From Paraspadella gotoi (taxonomy: Eukaryota; Animalia; Chaetognatha), in NCBI GenBank assembly GCA_051294375.1, contig CM119263.1:8560908-8624907 (forward strand): DNA of 64,000 nt. Direction: 5' to 3'. A model generated the notes under the pieces. It was not told where the DNA came from, searched no databases, and worked only from the letters and a program-made list of their open reading frames with translations. Positions 50,260 through 64,000 of the stretch are shown piece by piece; the stretch's first letter is position 1; each line of letters opens with the position of its first letter. The translations under genes were made by a program, and so were the position numbers.

Positions 50260-53200
50260 AGTGGAGGACGGAATTTTTAGTGAAAAGAATTCGATATCAA
50301 ATAAAATGAACGAGAGTTTATTTCAGTATAACATCGAAGGGAAAATGCGATAATAATAATGAGCGCGAGAATAAATAACATGACTTTTATATGAACTACT
50401 TTGTTTATCAAAGTAGGATGTAAACGAGAATGGAATTTTAGGCGAGAGAAATATTATTTACATTTTGTAATTACTAAATTCTTTCTCAATCTTCACTCGG
50501 CCATGTACCAAATTTCAAAATACAAAATAATATTTCTAAAAACGATACTATAAATTCACTCAGGGTTAAAAAAATAAAAAAATTTAGCCAAATAACACTA
50601 TAAATTCACAAGGTTAGACATTAACTGTATCGGTCTATGAAATCGCGAAATATAAGGGAATCAATTACAAGTTTTATTATACACTTTCTTCAAAATTAAA
50701 TTTCATTAGCTAACAATTTTTCGATCTAACAAAAAAATCATGCTTTTCAACTTCTAAAAATTATGTAACATTTTTCGAACTTTTTATAAAAACAAAAGAC
50801 ATATGAAAATTGCATTACGCAATACGCAGACGATAATAGTTATAGTATGCAAAACAATTCAAATATAAAATCATAACCGACGAATTCAATTTTATTAGAA
50901 TAAGTTTTCTAAATGCTACAAATAAGTTGAATCGAAATGCAATATTTGTAGACAATAATTCAAAACGAAAAATAAATACATCAATTTTTTATCTATGGAA
51001 AAAAAAACGAAAAAAAACTGTTACCATTTATCGCGAAATAAGTTACTGTCACAATGATTATTGATCGTTTTTGATTTAAACAATAGGTTTAACATGCAAT
51101 ACTTATTTTTGATCAGTTATCACACAATTACATAATTCATGCTTACCAAAAACAGGCGATCCCTTTTTTCACACTCCAGGCCAATCTTAACAATCTTAGA
51201 GACGTGTCGCCATTAAGACTTCTCGCAGGCGTTAGGAAGATCGGTGCTTTTCTCTTCAACCGTGAATCAAGAACCTGAATCTCAAAATTTTTGATTAATA
51301 CGACATACATGAAATCAAATTAATTTATTATGATTAATATCACATATAATTAATTGTATAGTTTCGACCATTTTCTCATTACTCCCTTAAAGTTGGATCC
51401 TGACGGATTCTACAAATTGAGAAGGTCTACTATGTGAGTACAATAATGATTGAATAATATATATTAATCAATTATACCAGTGAAATTTACAAAGTGGTCA
51501 CCCATTCTCTAATTCGTTCACAGCCACGGCAAAGACCCGGCACAAACCCAGGGTCGGTCTTATCACGAGAAAAGAGTAAACAAAAGAACGTTGCAATTCA
51601 TCATGTAAATAACATTTCGCCATTTAATCTATTGCAACTGTATCTGCACATTTAATACAATTTTTTTTTTTGTAACACATTTTTAATTAAAACAATTGTA
51701 TTCTTAAATAAGTTTCAAAAAAACAACATGAAAATTTCATCAATTGTAACGAAATACATTAAAAGTTTCTAGTCAGAAAATAAAACAAATTATTAGTCCA
51801 CATTTAGTAAATTGTTTATGATGTCTCAACAAAAAGAAGATAATTGCATCACGGCCTCGGCATTGCAGAAGCAGAGAGCGCGAGCAGGCCAAACGGGTAA
51901 GAGGCGGTCCGCAGGCGGGCCATGCACGGCGGTCTAATGTTCTCATCTTGTCACCAATTTGATGAGACTCTCTCGGGAATGGACTGAACGAATGAGATGA
52001 TCTCCAGGAATACTCTGAATCCTCTAAAGACTATGAGAATGGCACTTGAATGAATTCGTTGCTTATTTTGGCAACTATTTGACACATTTGCCAATCCATG
52101 TATCAACTCCACTCCATGTTGACTAAGGATATTGGCTGAGGGAGTGTTTAATTTACAAAGAGCATTGTCAGCATGGATGCGACCGAGTAAACCACTCCAC
52201 TCTTGTCTTATCTTCATTAGACAATCACTACATCTTTGTCTTGTTTAGTTTTTGTAGGATACGCCCATGCATATCTGGAGAGAGGTCAACAGCACAGAAA
52301 AATGTACGGAAATGCCAGCATCATTGTGGAAGGGTCCTGCAAAGTCAATTGCAATAGAGTTTCCTGGCTCCATGGGCTCTGCATCCCTCCTTCATCTCTG
52401 AACCTTTTTGGTGATTGTTCTGAAGCAGATTGCACGAATTTCTGATGTATGCTAGAAATTCTTCTCTCTCATTCCATGAATGTAGTAACTTTTTTCCCCA
52501 AAGTATTTTTAAGGTATCTGGATTCACTCACAGCATGAGTTGCTGCAGGATCACGCATCTCCAACAACAACACTGAATCAAAACCTTGACTTTGACCGCA
52601 AGGCCAAATTTTTGTTTCATCTGATCTTTACTCAAAAGACGATTGAAAATTCCCATTCTCAGACACAAACAAGCGAGAAACTTTGATATCCTCCATTCAG
52701 GGGCTGTCCACAAGCGCAGCTAGCCACTCCCTGCATTGCTGATGATGAAGAGTCTGCAGTGACGAAGGAATGCAAAGTTCCCCATAGATAAAAGCAAAGC
52801 TTCATGTTTTATCTGGCTAACTTCCTCTTTTCTTCAAATAAAATCAATTTTATTTTTTCACTCCACATTAGGCGCTGTTGCATTTCCAAAGATTTTCTGG
52901 AGAACTTTGTCCTGCAAAAACTGGAACTTCCTTGGCTTTTAATTGCTTCATCCACAACTTCGTCAACTTCCTTCAGTGTGGCCTTGCAAGCTACATACCT
53001 TTATCTGAGAGTTCAACAAATTGGAGGCACTGGTTCCGAAAGGGGCAAGAAGACCCTTTCCACTTTCTTGCATTTTTCATGCCCTTTCTGCGACGCCCTT
53101 GTCACTCTACTGTGAGTAAGCACTAATTGCAAGAGATAGGAACTAGCTTCCTTTTGTCTTAATTCCTTCTCTATAGACTGTCGGATCCAGTTCATTCTGT

Positions 53201-56198
53201 ATGAACACTCTACTTTCAGTCACCGACTGCGACGATGAGGGTGTCCGGACCAATCAGTGGAATCATTTGCCGGAAAATGCGGAGTCTTCCACTCAGTGAC
53301 ATCCATATCCGCGAAGTCGGTACCCGGCTGGAACATTTCAATGTGGGAGACATTAAGCTTAGACATAAAGTAGTCCTCTTCTGCTTTCAAAAAATTCGGA
53401 CCACAATTTCATTTTCTCGAAATACTTTCATTCAGAAAGTGATTCAAGCGCGAACTTTCTACTCTTGATTTGGAGAAAAGGCAGCGTTCTTTGAATGGTG
53501 TAGCGCGCTGCAGAAGTTTGATGCTTTTTTGCAAAAAAATTGACGAAAAAATCAGTTGAAAAATTTTGGCATGACGGATGACGAAAAATGATGCATTAGA
53601 AAACAACTTTATTCGCGAGATCTTGCACCCATTCCAAAAAATTTATTGCCATTTTTTTGTAGTATCCAATGATGCCATCTGACGGCTGCAGCCGACATTT
53701 CATACTGACGCAGACTTCGACCGCGCCCATCATGCATCCCTTCTTCCCTTTGTCATCTTTCATAGGCAGCTTCAAATTCGGTTTACTCTTGGGCTGCTTT
53801 GGGACAGGCAAAACAAACATTGGTTTTACCTGCCATTTGATCCAACATCTTCATGCACTTTTAGGCAAGTAATAACATCGCATGTGAGAGGAGGGAGCTT
53901 CATGTCCGCCACGGTTGCCTTGGCCAACGCCCACTACTGGCCGCCCCCAAAGCTGCTTGCCGCCCATAACCCGGATGTGCCCCAACTTTCGATAGTGGAG
54001 ACGTCCATCTGCTCCAACGATTGCAAATCGAACAGCAATCGGACGGTCGCGCATTTTCGCGCGCGATTGCGTATTCAAGGCTATCGGCGTGCCTTCCACA
54101 TCGGCTAAGTCTCTTCCACCCGGATTATAAAGCATCTTCCAGACTTATCAGCAACATTAATTTATCTTTCAGTTTACAAATAAAGTCGCCCAAATAAAAT
54201 TGGTTTTCGTTCCCGCCCAAAGCTTTTCATTACATTTAGGAAAAACGTAAAATAAAATTGGCATAACCGTTTCGTCTTTCATTTTTTTTCCGTTTGATAT
54301 TTACTAAGGACAACTATTTGAAAATTAGGGAAACAGTGACCTACTCCAGTGACAAAAAGATATTCACGTGCACAGAGATTATACGGGTGCTAGAGCAAGA
54401 TAAAAGTTGCTTGCATTAAAATAGCGACTTTAACGGTTATCATCAGGAATGGGCAACAACCCCAAATTTAGGGGCAAAAACTTTTTCTTTTTCGCCGGCG
54501 GCCAAAAAGGACTTCCCCCCCCCAAACTTGGGAAAAACACACGCCGATCTTCTTGCTAGGATTGATGCGACTCCTTCTGCAAGGAACTCAAACGCGTCGT
54601 CCGTTTTGTTTCAGCTTCCGTCTTGACCCTGCTTCATCGCATTTTCCGGACCGCAGCTCCGCTCCGGCAAGTTGATCGATGACCTTTCGGCGCGCGCTGG
54701 CCGCCGCTGCACGATGCAGGAACGCACGGAACGCGAGCGGAACGCGGTAAGAAGTAGAGCGCGGCAAGGGCGAAACAATAGACGGGAAAGTGGAAAGAAA
54801 CGGCAAAAAGTGGAGACGTAAAAAACGAGATGATAGCAGAAGGCCTGGGTAAGGAAAAACGGAACTGAAATACTGGGGCGGACGGGCAGTATGCCCGCAT
54901 GCGCATAAGAGCACGTATCTCCCGATGCAACAGATGTCCGACGAAAGATCGTGCTGGTTGGTCGGTCGCGCCGGTGATGACGCATGCCTATCCCACTTGA
55001 AGAGACGACCGCGCCGTTGACGTCACCGGAATGGGCGCATCGTGGACGATCCTGCTGAGGAAAAAACATTCAGGACATATCAATATCATGATTCTCACAG
55101 AAATATCACTCATCGTCTTGTCCCATTACACACCCATTTACCCAGTCATGGGTAGTTATTACACACTAACTTTATCTCTGCCGACTTCAGATTTCAACTT
55201 TAACCAATTCCTCTCTCAAAGAAGCGTTCACCACCATCTCTCTCTTCCATCAACTTTATCCAGTTCTTTCTCTCTCTCTCTCTTTAGTCATTCCTCCACC
55301 AAACACTACTCTCTCATAGCTGTTCTACCGCCTTTTTCAGATTTGCGGTGTACCTCCTCCTCTGCTAAGGGATCGCATGCTCGATCCTCTTCGCAAGCGC
55401 GCCATCCGTTCCTCGTTCCACATCTCGATCTAGGACACGACTGCTCCTCAATATCGCCGCTGTCTGAATTGTTGATATGGTTTCCCATATCGCCAATCTC
55501 GGCGGTTCCAGGACCCGACGGCTCCCCTTATGATAATGCCATGCACCTAAAATTAAAATTCTCTAAGAAAAGGTAAGGCGTAAGCATCATGCGATAGACC
55601 TTTGGAAGAAATATGACAAAAGGTAACGAATTTTTCGATCTTAATTAATTATCAATTTGTTAATTAAAAAACTTATGGCCCAATTATTTTTTACAACTCC
55701 TCTGCTCATAAAAAATACAACCAAGAACAATCTCACTTCAAATTCGATGTCTTTTGTTGACCACCGCCAAAGCGCCACGAAAAAAAATTGCGGACAAAAG
55801 ATTGACGCGAAGCGTAAATTTTTGGATTTTTTCTCTTTTTAAATTTGCCGACAAATTTCAGGTAGCGACGAGACGAGTATTTCCCTCGGAGGCTTAAAAA
55901 AAACTTTATTTTCGTAAACCAGCCGCTGAACCACGCAAGTGGAGAGACGAGAATTTTTAGTGGAAAAGAATTCGATATCACAATAAAAATGAACGCAGCA
56001 GTTTATTTCCAGTATAACATCGAAGGGACAATGCCGATAATAATAATGAGCGCGAGAATAAAATAACAATTGACTTTTATATGAATACTTTGTTTATCAA
56101 AAGTAGCCGAATGTAAACAGAGAATGGAATTTTACGCGAAGAGAAATATTATTTACATTTTCTGTAATTTTACAAATTCTTTTCTCCCAATTTTCACT
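50260..56198 (-). mobile_element. Ty3/gypsy-type LTR retroelement, copy 2, with both target-site duplications
   Basis: Identical to copy 1 at offset 13131; LTRs 50260-50497 and 55938-56198; GGTG at 50256-50259 and 56199-56202; flanks are contiguous minus-strand host sequence matching the empty site at 19948-19951. Confidence 0.92.
51951..52551 (-). pseudogene. Integrase remnant, copy 2
   Basis: Same as 38820-39420 at +13131. Confidence 0.85.
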
Positions 56199-59100
56199 GG
56201 TGGATGGATGAGTTGAAATTCTTGTGGTTCATTTAAAAAATCTCCGATTTTAACGACGACTTGTTTTGTTTATTCTTTTTCTTTTTGTGTAAATATTCCA
56301 ATTGTTTTCACGTGTCGTAGCTGGACATCCCACTACCCCTAGCGAATCTCTCACTATTACTTTCTTAACTCCCCCCCCAGGACTTTCTTCGTTCATGAGG
56401 GTAATTTGAGTCAAATCCTTTTTTTTCTTCTTTACTCCTCTTCACTAATATAAGATAATTTGACTGTTATTTACGTTTTATTTTTTATTAGTCAGCGCCC
56501 TCACACGAACTATATGAAATCCGTTCGAGAAGAACTCAAAATGGAAAAAAAAAAGATGAGCCATGTGCGAATTCCAAGTCAGCGTGATAGCTATACAAAT
56601 TTTATAAACAACCACGAAAAATAATGTAGCGATTGTGTCAGTTCCCGAAAGTAGGTTCTGCAGTTTTCAGCAGTCAGAAGGGATATTCTCGAGGCTCTAA
56701 GAGATTTATTTTTAACACGATGTCAAGTGTACTCAAATATGTATACATATGATTTTATACCAATTCGTCGACAACGAATACGACGACAACAGCGTAACCA
56801 ACGACCTCTGGCTTTATTTCTCTCTCTCTCTACTCTTCTCTCTCTCCTCTCTCTTCTCTCTCTGTCTCGGGATCTCTCTCCTTCTCTCTCACTTTATTAC
56901 TCCATTCCCTACTCTAATACCCGGGTCTCAATGGCTTTTCAGGCCGCGAACTATTTGATTGTCCGACCCTTTTTCATATTGTCTTTCCTCTGCCTCCTAT
57001 TTTTCTCTTTTTTTCTTATTCTTTTATTACGCCTTCTTTTCTTTTTTCTCATATTACATTAATAGAATAGATAAAAATAGAATATATAAATATATAATTG
57101 CATAAAGATGATAATTGTTTAATTACTTTTTATTTTATTTTACTTGTTTTTTAATTACTTTTATTTTATCATATTTTATATCATTTTTCAATTTTTACCA
57201 AATGTTTTTTGAAAAATCCACTTTTTTTTGGTTTCATTCATTTATGAAATTAGCTAACACCAATATAAAAATTATTCCATCATATTTATAACAGCTATCC
57301 TTGCCCCGACTACTTGGACAGGCTTTGATGGTTTAAGCCTCCATCACTCCTTACAAGATAATGACCATAGCAGGTCATACTTGTCATAGCTTCTTTCTCT
57401 CAATATTTACCCCTTTGTCATGATTTAATGAACGAGGATGAGTACATAACACAAAAGTATGGAACTAGAGAAAAATTTAAAAGGGAAAAGAAAAATGACG
57501 GCTTAAAAACAACAACAACAAACATCTAGAACAGACTACAACAACTACGACAACGACGAATCTTACATCGACGAATTTCATTCCTATTGAAGGGCAGCAT
57601 TATGTGGGAGGGAGAAAAATAGGAAGGAGGACCAGAGAGAGAGAGAGAGAGAGAGAGACGGCAGAGAGAGAGAGAAGAACGAGAGGAAGAGAGAAGACGA
57701 CGAAGAAGAGAGATGAGAAGCAGAGCAGAGAGAGCCCTCGTGGCCACCGTTTTTCATGCAAATGGAACAGAGAAAGAGATGAGGATTTTTATTATTAAAA
57801 AGTTATTTTTTTCTTCCCTCAAGAAACTGACATCGTCGTTGACGCCGCTTTTCCTCGTCGTCGTTGTTCGTTCGTTCGTTCGTCGTCAGTTACCGCTCTG
57901 CAGGGAAGAGGAGGTTCAAGGGTCTATGTGAAAGGGGAAATTGCAGGAGAATACAAGCCAGCGATACTAAAAAATAGTTCTACATCAAAGGAAAATATTT
58001 AAAAACAAAACTTAAAACCTACATGCTTACTATCTCTACTTAGATACTTACTCGCATTTAACAAAAGACAAGATGTATTTTAGCTATGCCACTATTGTGG
58101 AAGACTAGTTAATAAAGTATCTATTATATCAAAACAATGGGTTTCAGATAGCAAACCGGTTATCTCAGCATTTACTGTAATCTGAATACCCGGTACAAAA
58201 TCTATTTTCAACTTTGCACCCTTGATCCGTCTTCATTTCACGAGCTGCCGGCAGGCATCATCGGCATTGCCACCTTAAGGCGACAGTTCAGCCATAGTCG
58301 TGGTGCATCTCCTACTACTTTCCATCCCTTTCATTTCTTGTCATTCGCAGTCGTTCGTTCGTCGTCGCTAATCGTCGCCCTTCGTTCGTCCGTCGTTCGT
58401 ACTTTGCCGCAGTCAAATACGGGCCGTATTTGATCTTTCTCTCTGTCGAACTGTTGCCCTTGCATTTTTTTCTCTCCCTACGCATTTTTATTTTCTTTTC
58501 TTTTCTGCTACATCGGTTACATATCCAATTACTTGTCAAATTAGTCCTTTTTTTTTTTTTTCCAAATCCCAATTTTCCACTTCTTTTTTTTTTTAAATCT
58601 GTTTTTAATCTAATTTCTTATTTCGTTGCCCCTAAAGTCCTCCGCAAAACAAAATTCGTCCCCTATCACGTATTATAGAAGATTCCCATTAGCTTCCAAT
58701 AAACCACCATATGCGTCACACGAATGCGCGCCTAATATCTTCCTCTACCCTGTCCGCCTTACCACGTGCCCAAGATCGATCCATGGCGGTTTGGCGACGT
58801 CACGGCATATCGCACGATTCCCTCGACCGCAGCACTCCGAATCATCCTTTTACTCGCTTGATACTTCTCTGATCTTATTCTATACCGAGACTACCATTCG
58901 ATTCGCACACGAAGGAAAAATTATTTAAAACGGTACAACCAATATAAAATTCTTCTTTCTCTTTCACAATGAACCAAGCCTATCTTTTTCTCCTGTCGAC
59001 TTGGACACTGGCTATGTCAATCATATTACCAAGATATAACCAAGCCTAGACTCTCACACAATCGAGTTTATAAACTCTCAGGCATTTCCCTAGCAAATGG

Positions 59101-59975
59101 CATGATGGCAAGATTGGCAAGATGAGCCCTTTCCAAAGTTAATGGCATTTTTCTGATGAGAAGAAACGTTGATTGTGCCTACAAAGAGTGATGCTCATTC
59201 TTGCACATGGAGGAAAGCGGCCTTGGTCTTCGCGGGGCTTAAGAAGAGCCTTTTGTATTTCATTTCAAAGGACGACGCCGCAGCGGCGGTTATGGGAAGG
59301 TGAACCTTGATTAGTCTTCTCTTCTGCATTTGTCGGTTATCGTCTTTGAATGCACGGTTGAATCCTATTGAACCTTAAATCCTCCCTTATCACTCAGGCA
59401 GAATCAATGGACATAATTCTGCAGCTCAATGTCGGTTACAAGTATTTAACACAACTGAGCCTCTATCGAGTGTTAGGCGAATCGAGTCGAATTTCACTTT
59501 CAGCAACTCTTGAGATTTTTTTTATAGTCATGTAGCAATGGAATGACGATTAACAATTAAACTGCTTGTTCTGTGAAAAAACAACTTGAATTCATTCCCC
59601 TCTCTCTCTCTTTACTCTCTCTCTACTCTCTACTCTCTCTCTCTCTTCTCTCTTGGCATCTCTCTCTCTCTTCTCTCTCTCTTCTCTCTCTCTCTCCGTA
59701 GTCATTTCGCCACGTCAAAATGGTCCTGTCACCTCAACCTTTGTTTTCTTCGTTATACGGACCTTTGCCTGGTTCCCCCTTTTTTCATTGTCTCATCCTC
59801 CTCTTTCCTCCTGCTCCTTAGTTCTTCAATCATCTTTCTGACCATGCACACTTTACAGGTATTCGATCCATCAGCCATACAGATATTAGCGCTTCTTCAG
59901 AAACAGGCCGGTTGCTTTCTCTTGCAAGTCTCCTTCTTTCTTTCCTTTCTCTCCTTCTCTCTCTCTCTCTTCCTA

Positions 59976-60017
<42 letters not shown>

Positions 60018-60344
60018 CCTCTCTCCTCTCTCTCTACTCTCTCGCGTTTTAGAGAGTAAACGATCTCGTGCACAATTTGTTTTTGTTTTTCTGGAAAGAT
60101 TTTTTTTTAAACAAAAAATGTTTCGCAATTGAAAAAAATTAAAAAATCGTACAACGCGGTCGCCGCACGCAAGACGTAAAGCCGAGGATTGGTCACATCT
60201 CTCTCTATCTCTCTCTTCTCTCTCATCTCTATCTCTAAAATTTTTCTCTTTCTCTTATTTTCTCTTTTTTAACAACCAATAATTATACTCAAGGAAAATT
60301 CATCTAATAATTATATTAGAAAGTAGTGATCTCTCTCTTCAATT
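56199..60344 (-). repeat. Second inverted noisy copy of about 15690-19951
   Basis: Collinear with 43068-47206; ends at a 25-N gap. Confidence 0.9.
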
Positions 60345-60369
60345 NNNNNNNNNNNNNNNNNNNNNNNNN

Positions 60370-60400
<31 letters not shown>

Positions 60401-61048
60401 AGGGAATTCCATCAAAAAATCAGTCGCATATAATTCTGATATAAAAGCAAAGACTATGAACAGGGACGCAAATAAAACTAAATAAAAAGGTATTATATTG
60501 GTTATATGCATATTACTGATGCAGTTTTATTAACATTATTAACGGTGTCCCGAAGAGTAAAATTAAACCTGTTTTTTATTTGTTCAAAATTTCTGTGATA
60601 TTATTCAATTTAAAAATGGGTTGATAAAAATTCCAGAGTGGAATATCAAGCCCCTTCTTATTATCTGCACCCATGGACGAGGAAAAAAAAGAAGATTTCC
60701 CTCCCAGATAAAAGAGTTGTGCATGACTGGCCTTTAGCAAAACCCGGGCACGAATCACCTCGTCGTTGTCGTCGTCGTCGTCGTCGTTTACGTTGTGGAA
60801 GAACAGGATTTGGTTTTTACTCTGAGTCAAATTCTCCTGGGCGCAACACAGGGGACGATGAAAAGGAAGAGTTAGTTGTGCCTGACTTGTGCCTTACTTC
60901 CTCACTCTCTCTTTTCTCATTTCTTTTCGTTTTATTTCGTAGTTATGGCTTAATTATGTTTACTTGTATCTATACCAGCTTGATTAATTCGGTTTTGTCC
61001 GTTTTTTCTACAGATCAGAGTAAATGTCAGGTAAGTTCCCTTTTTTTC

Positions 61049-61140
<92 letters not shown>

Positions 61141-62245
61141 TCATTTTTTTCTCTTTTTTTCTTTTATTTTTCTCATTTTGCCTTTTCATTCATTCACTTG
61201 TTGCGTATTTGAGTTGCATCTGAGCCAAACAGGGAACATCGGTCAGAAAATCAAGGGAGCGAGGGAAGGCGAAACTGAGAGAAGAGAGAGAGAGATAGAT
61301 AGAGAGATAAAGAGAGAGAGAGAGAGAGAGACAGAGAGAGAGACAAAGTCGACAACCGGGAGACATTTACAATCTCGGAAATATATTTTTGTGGGAGGAT
61401 TATATTTTTTGGCTGATTTCCTCTCTTCTTCCTACTTGTTCTTCTGTCCATTCATTTTTCTGCTTCTTTTTTTCCCCCAAAACTTTTCCATGTTTTTCTT
61501 TTTTTCAATCTTTTGATTTCCTGTCTTTTATATTTTATCTAAATATCATTTTCGCCCTGTTTCTTCCAATTCATACTTTCATTTTCTTTTCTATTCTTTT
61601 ATGAGATTTAAGTGTTTTAAATCGTAAAAGGGCGGGACAGTTTTTAATAATTAACATATTAAAATAGTTAATACACTTATGTACGAAATATTTTTTAATT
61701 CTCAAGAGTGTATATTTTTAAGCCATTGTGGCGAATCCTAAATTCGCCTTCCGCATAGCTTGATCCCATTGGCTTGGACAGCTAAGTTAAGTTCACCAAC
61801 CGTGGGTTAAGAGTTCAATCCCCTCACGGTCACGCTGGTTAAGTGTGATGCTGTCGGCATAATCACGCCAATGACGTCTATAATCCCTAAGTCTCAGCTG
61901 TCGGGAGATGCCTCACCCCCTGGGCACACATGTCTCCCCGTTTCAATGGCATATTTATTTAAATGATAATTTATTTTTCTCTTTCTTCTTTTGTACATTC
62001 ATATTTAAACAATCTAACTAAAAAGAACCACATCAATCAAGAAAACAAAAGATACACCGAATTATTTGAACAGTTTAAAAACAAATCATTTCAGAAAAAA
62101 ACCTGCGTCTTAGTTTTTAAGCTCTGGCCGACAATTCTGGTTTTTCGCTGCTTAAATTTAAGGAAAATAAATGATTTTCAATTTGGTTACTTGTAAAAAA
62201 AATTCATTAACCTGTGTTTTCTGGCCTGCACGCGATGATAAAAAA

Positions 62246-62282
<37 letters not shown>

Positions 62283-63337
62283 TAGTACATAGAGGGAGAC
62301 AGAGAAAGAGAGAGAGAGAGAGAATGAGAAAGAGAGAGAGAGAGAGAGAGAGAGATAATGGTAAATCCCCCAGGGGGTTAGCCGGAAGAAAAAGGACAGT
62401 ACGAACGAGCGAAAGAGAGATAGAGCGAGCGAAAGCAATAGAAAGAGAATGATAATAGAGAAAGAAAGAAAAATAGAGAGAAAGAAAGAGAGAGAAATGA
62501 CGGCGGTTGGGATGATTTTATCTTGGATCAATTTTATTTGAGTCGAAATTCTCCCGATGTTCGTTTTTCGTCTTCACCATTCATGAACATAAAATATTTG
62601 ATTACGTAATTCATCGCCGAGCTTTTTATTTCCTGGATTCTCTCTTTGTCCGTCGCTATCACCATCTCTCATCTTCAACCGTCGTCAATAGATTTCTTTC
62701 CCTCTTTTTAAACTTAGTTAGTCGGTTTCAGGCAAGGTCATACCTGAGGCCATGTCTCCTCGAGGAATAAAAACATAGTCGTCGTTGTTGTCGTCGTCGT
62801 TGTCGTCGTCGTCGTTCAATCTCATTCTGCGTTTAAACATAAAGATACATAAAATGTAGTGCTCGTGAAAATAACGATGATTTTTAAAAATAAAATTTTG
62901 TTATGTTTCTATCTTTTCGTTGTGTTTGGAATTTTAAGAGAATAAAATTATGAAAATTGTATGCTGAGTCTTCGACTCTAAACTGAAAGTGACCAAAAGC
63001 GGTACACGTTCAAAATGAATAAAGAACCCAAAACACAAAAGTGCTATGACGAAAGAAAAAATAGAATTAGAAAAGAGAAAGAAAAAGTAAAGAGAGAAAA
63101 CAGAAAAGTAAGCAAACCTGCCAAACGGAAGAAGATTTAAGCAGCAGATGAATTTTTTGAGCCAAACACGTGCGTCGAGAAAGAAGGAATGAAAGAAAGG
63201 AAAAAATTTATAAGAAAAAAGAAAGCGAGAATGAAAAAAAAGAAAATAAAAGGAAGATAAAAATAGAAAAAGAAAGCGAGAAAGAGAAAGAGAAAGAAGA
63301 TAACATGTATCTGGCACGTACGTTCTATTCGAGTTTT

Positions 63338-63378
<41 letters not shown>

Positions 63379-64000
63379 GAGAGAGAGAAGAGAGAGGAAG
63401 AGAGAAAGAAGAGAGAGAGAGAGAGATTTGTAAACTTTCGAATTTTCGCGGCAGATTTCAAAGCTGATTCTAAACTGACTTGGTTCATGAGGTTTGGGTT
63501 CTCTCCGTTTGGATTTCAGATTTGGAAATTGGGTTAAGATTTTGGTGGAAAATTTTTTTGTGCCTCTACTTCCAGTCTTTAAACTCATAAAAAAGCTTTA
63601 ACACCAATTAATTTCACTCTCTGTTCGGTCTGAGGTAACAAAAAAGAAACAAATAAAATTTAAAAAAAAAAAAAAAAATAAATAAAAAAAAAATAAATAA
63701 AATAAATTGGTAAAACCAATATAAAAATTATCCATTCATTTAATAAATAAGCTATCTTGCCCCTGACTTTGGACAGGCTTTAGTGGTTTAAGGTTTCCAT
63801 CACTCTTACAAGATTGTGACATAACAGGTCCCTGCAAGCTTTCAATCAAGACTCTCACACAGTCTTGTTTATTCACTCCCAGAGTATCTCGCTTCCCTAT
63901 CAATGAAGTGGTATGTTTAGTTGTCATAAAAAGAGAATCGAAGTGTGTTTATTAAACAGTTAAAAAAATAGATAGAGTTAGAGACAAAGTGCAAACAAGA
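60370..64000 (+). repeat. Third copy of about 21530-25135
   Basis: Collinear with the 8.35-kb block (micro-exon, SINE-like element and dispersed repeat all present), with cleaner microsatellites and scattered indels. Confidence 0.9.

Overview
AT-rich, (GA)n/(GAC)n-microsatellite-laden animal genomic DNA with GT-AG introns, probably from an invertebrate. The window is heavily redundant: roughly 30 kb of unique sequence is repeated as exact, noisy (uncorrected long-read-like) and inverted copies separated by N gaps. Supported content: (1) the 3' part of an intact multi-exon carotenoid cleavage oxygenase (RPE65/BCO family) gene at 1-3875/4151. It has all four iron histidines, six N-glycosylation sequons and a probable extra last exon resembling a GPI-type tail. 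A frameshift-riddled second copy lies at 8886-11770. (2) A 5.9-kb Ty3/gypsy-type LTR element present twice (37129-43067, 50260-56198). It has AGT...ACT LTRs and a 4-bp GGTG target-site duplication, and its empty site is visible at 19948 and 28653. It keeps protease- and integrase-like remnants, shows no RT catalytic core, and has RING-like Cys motifs. (3) A tRNA-derived SINE-like element, a family of LINE-like 3' fragments (one is a presence/absence polymorphism), a polypurine minisatellite and scattered exon-like fragments. Most ORFs in the supplied track are microsatellite artefacts. All calls are from reading the sequence by eye; no searches were run.
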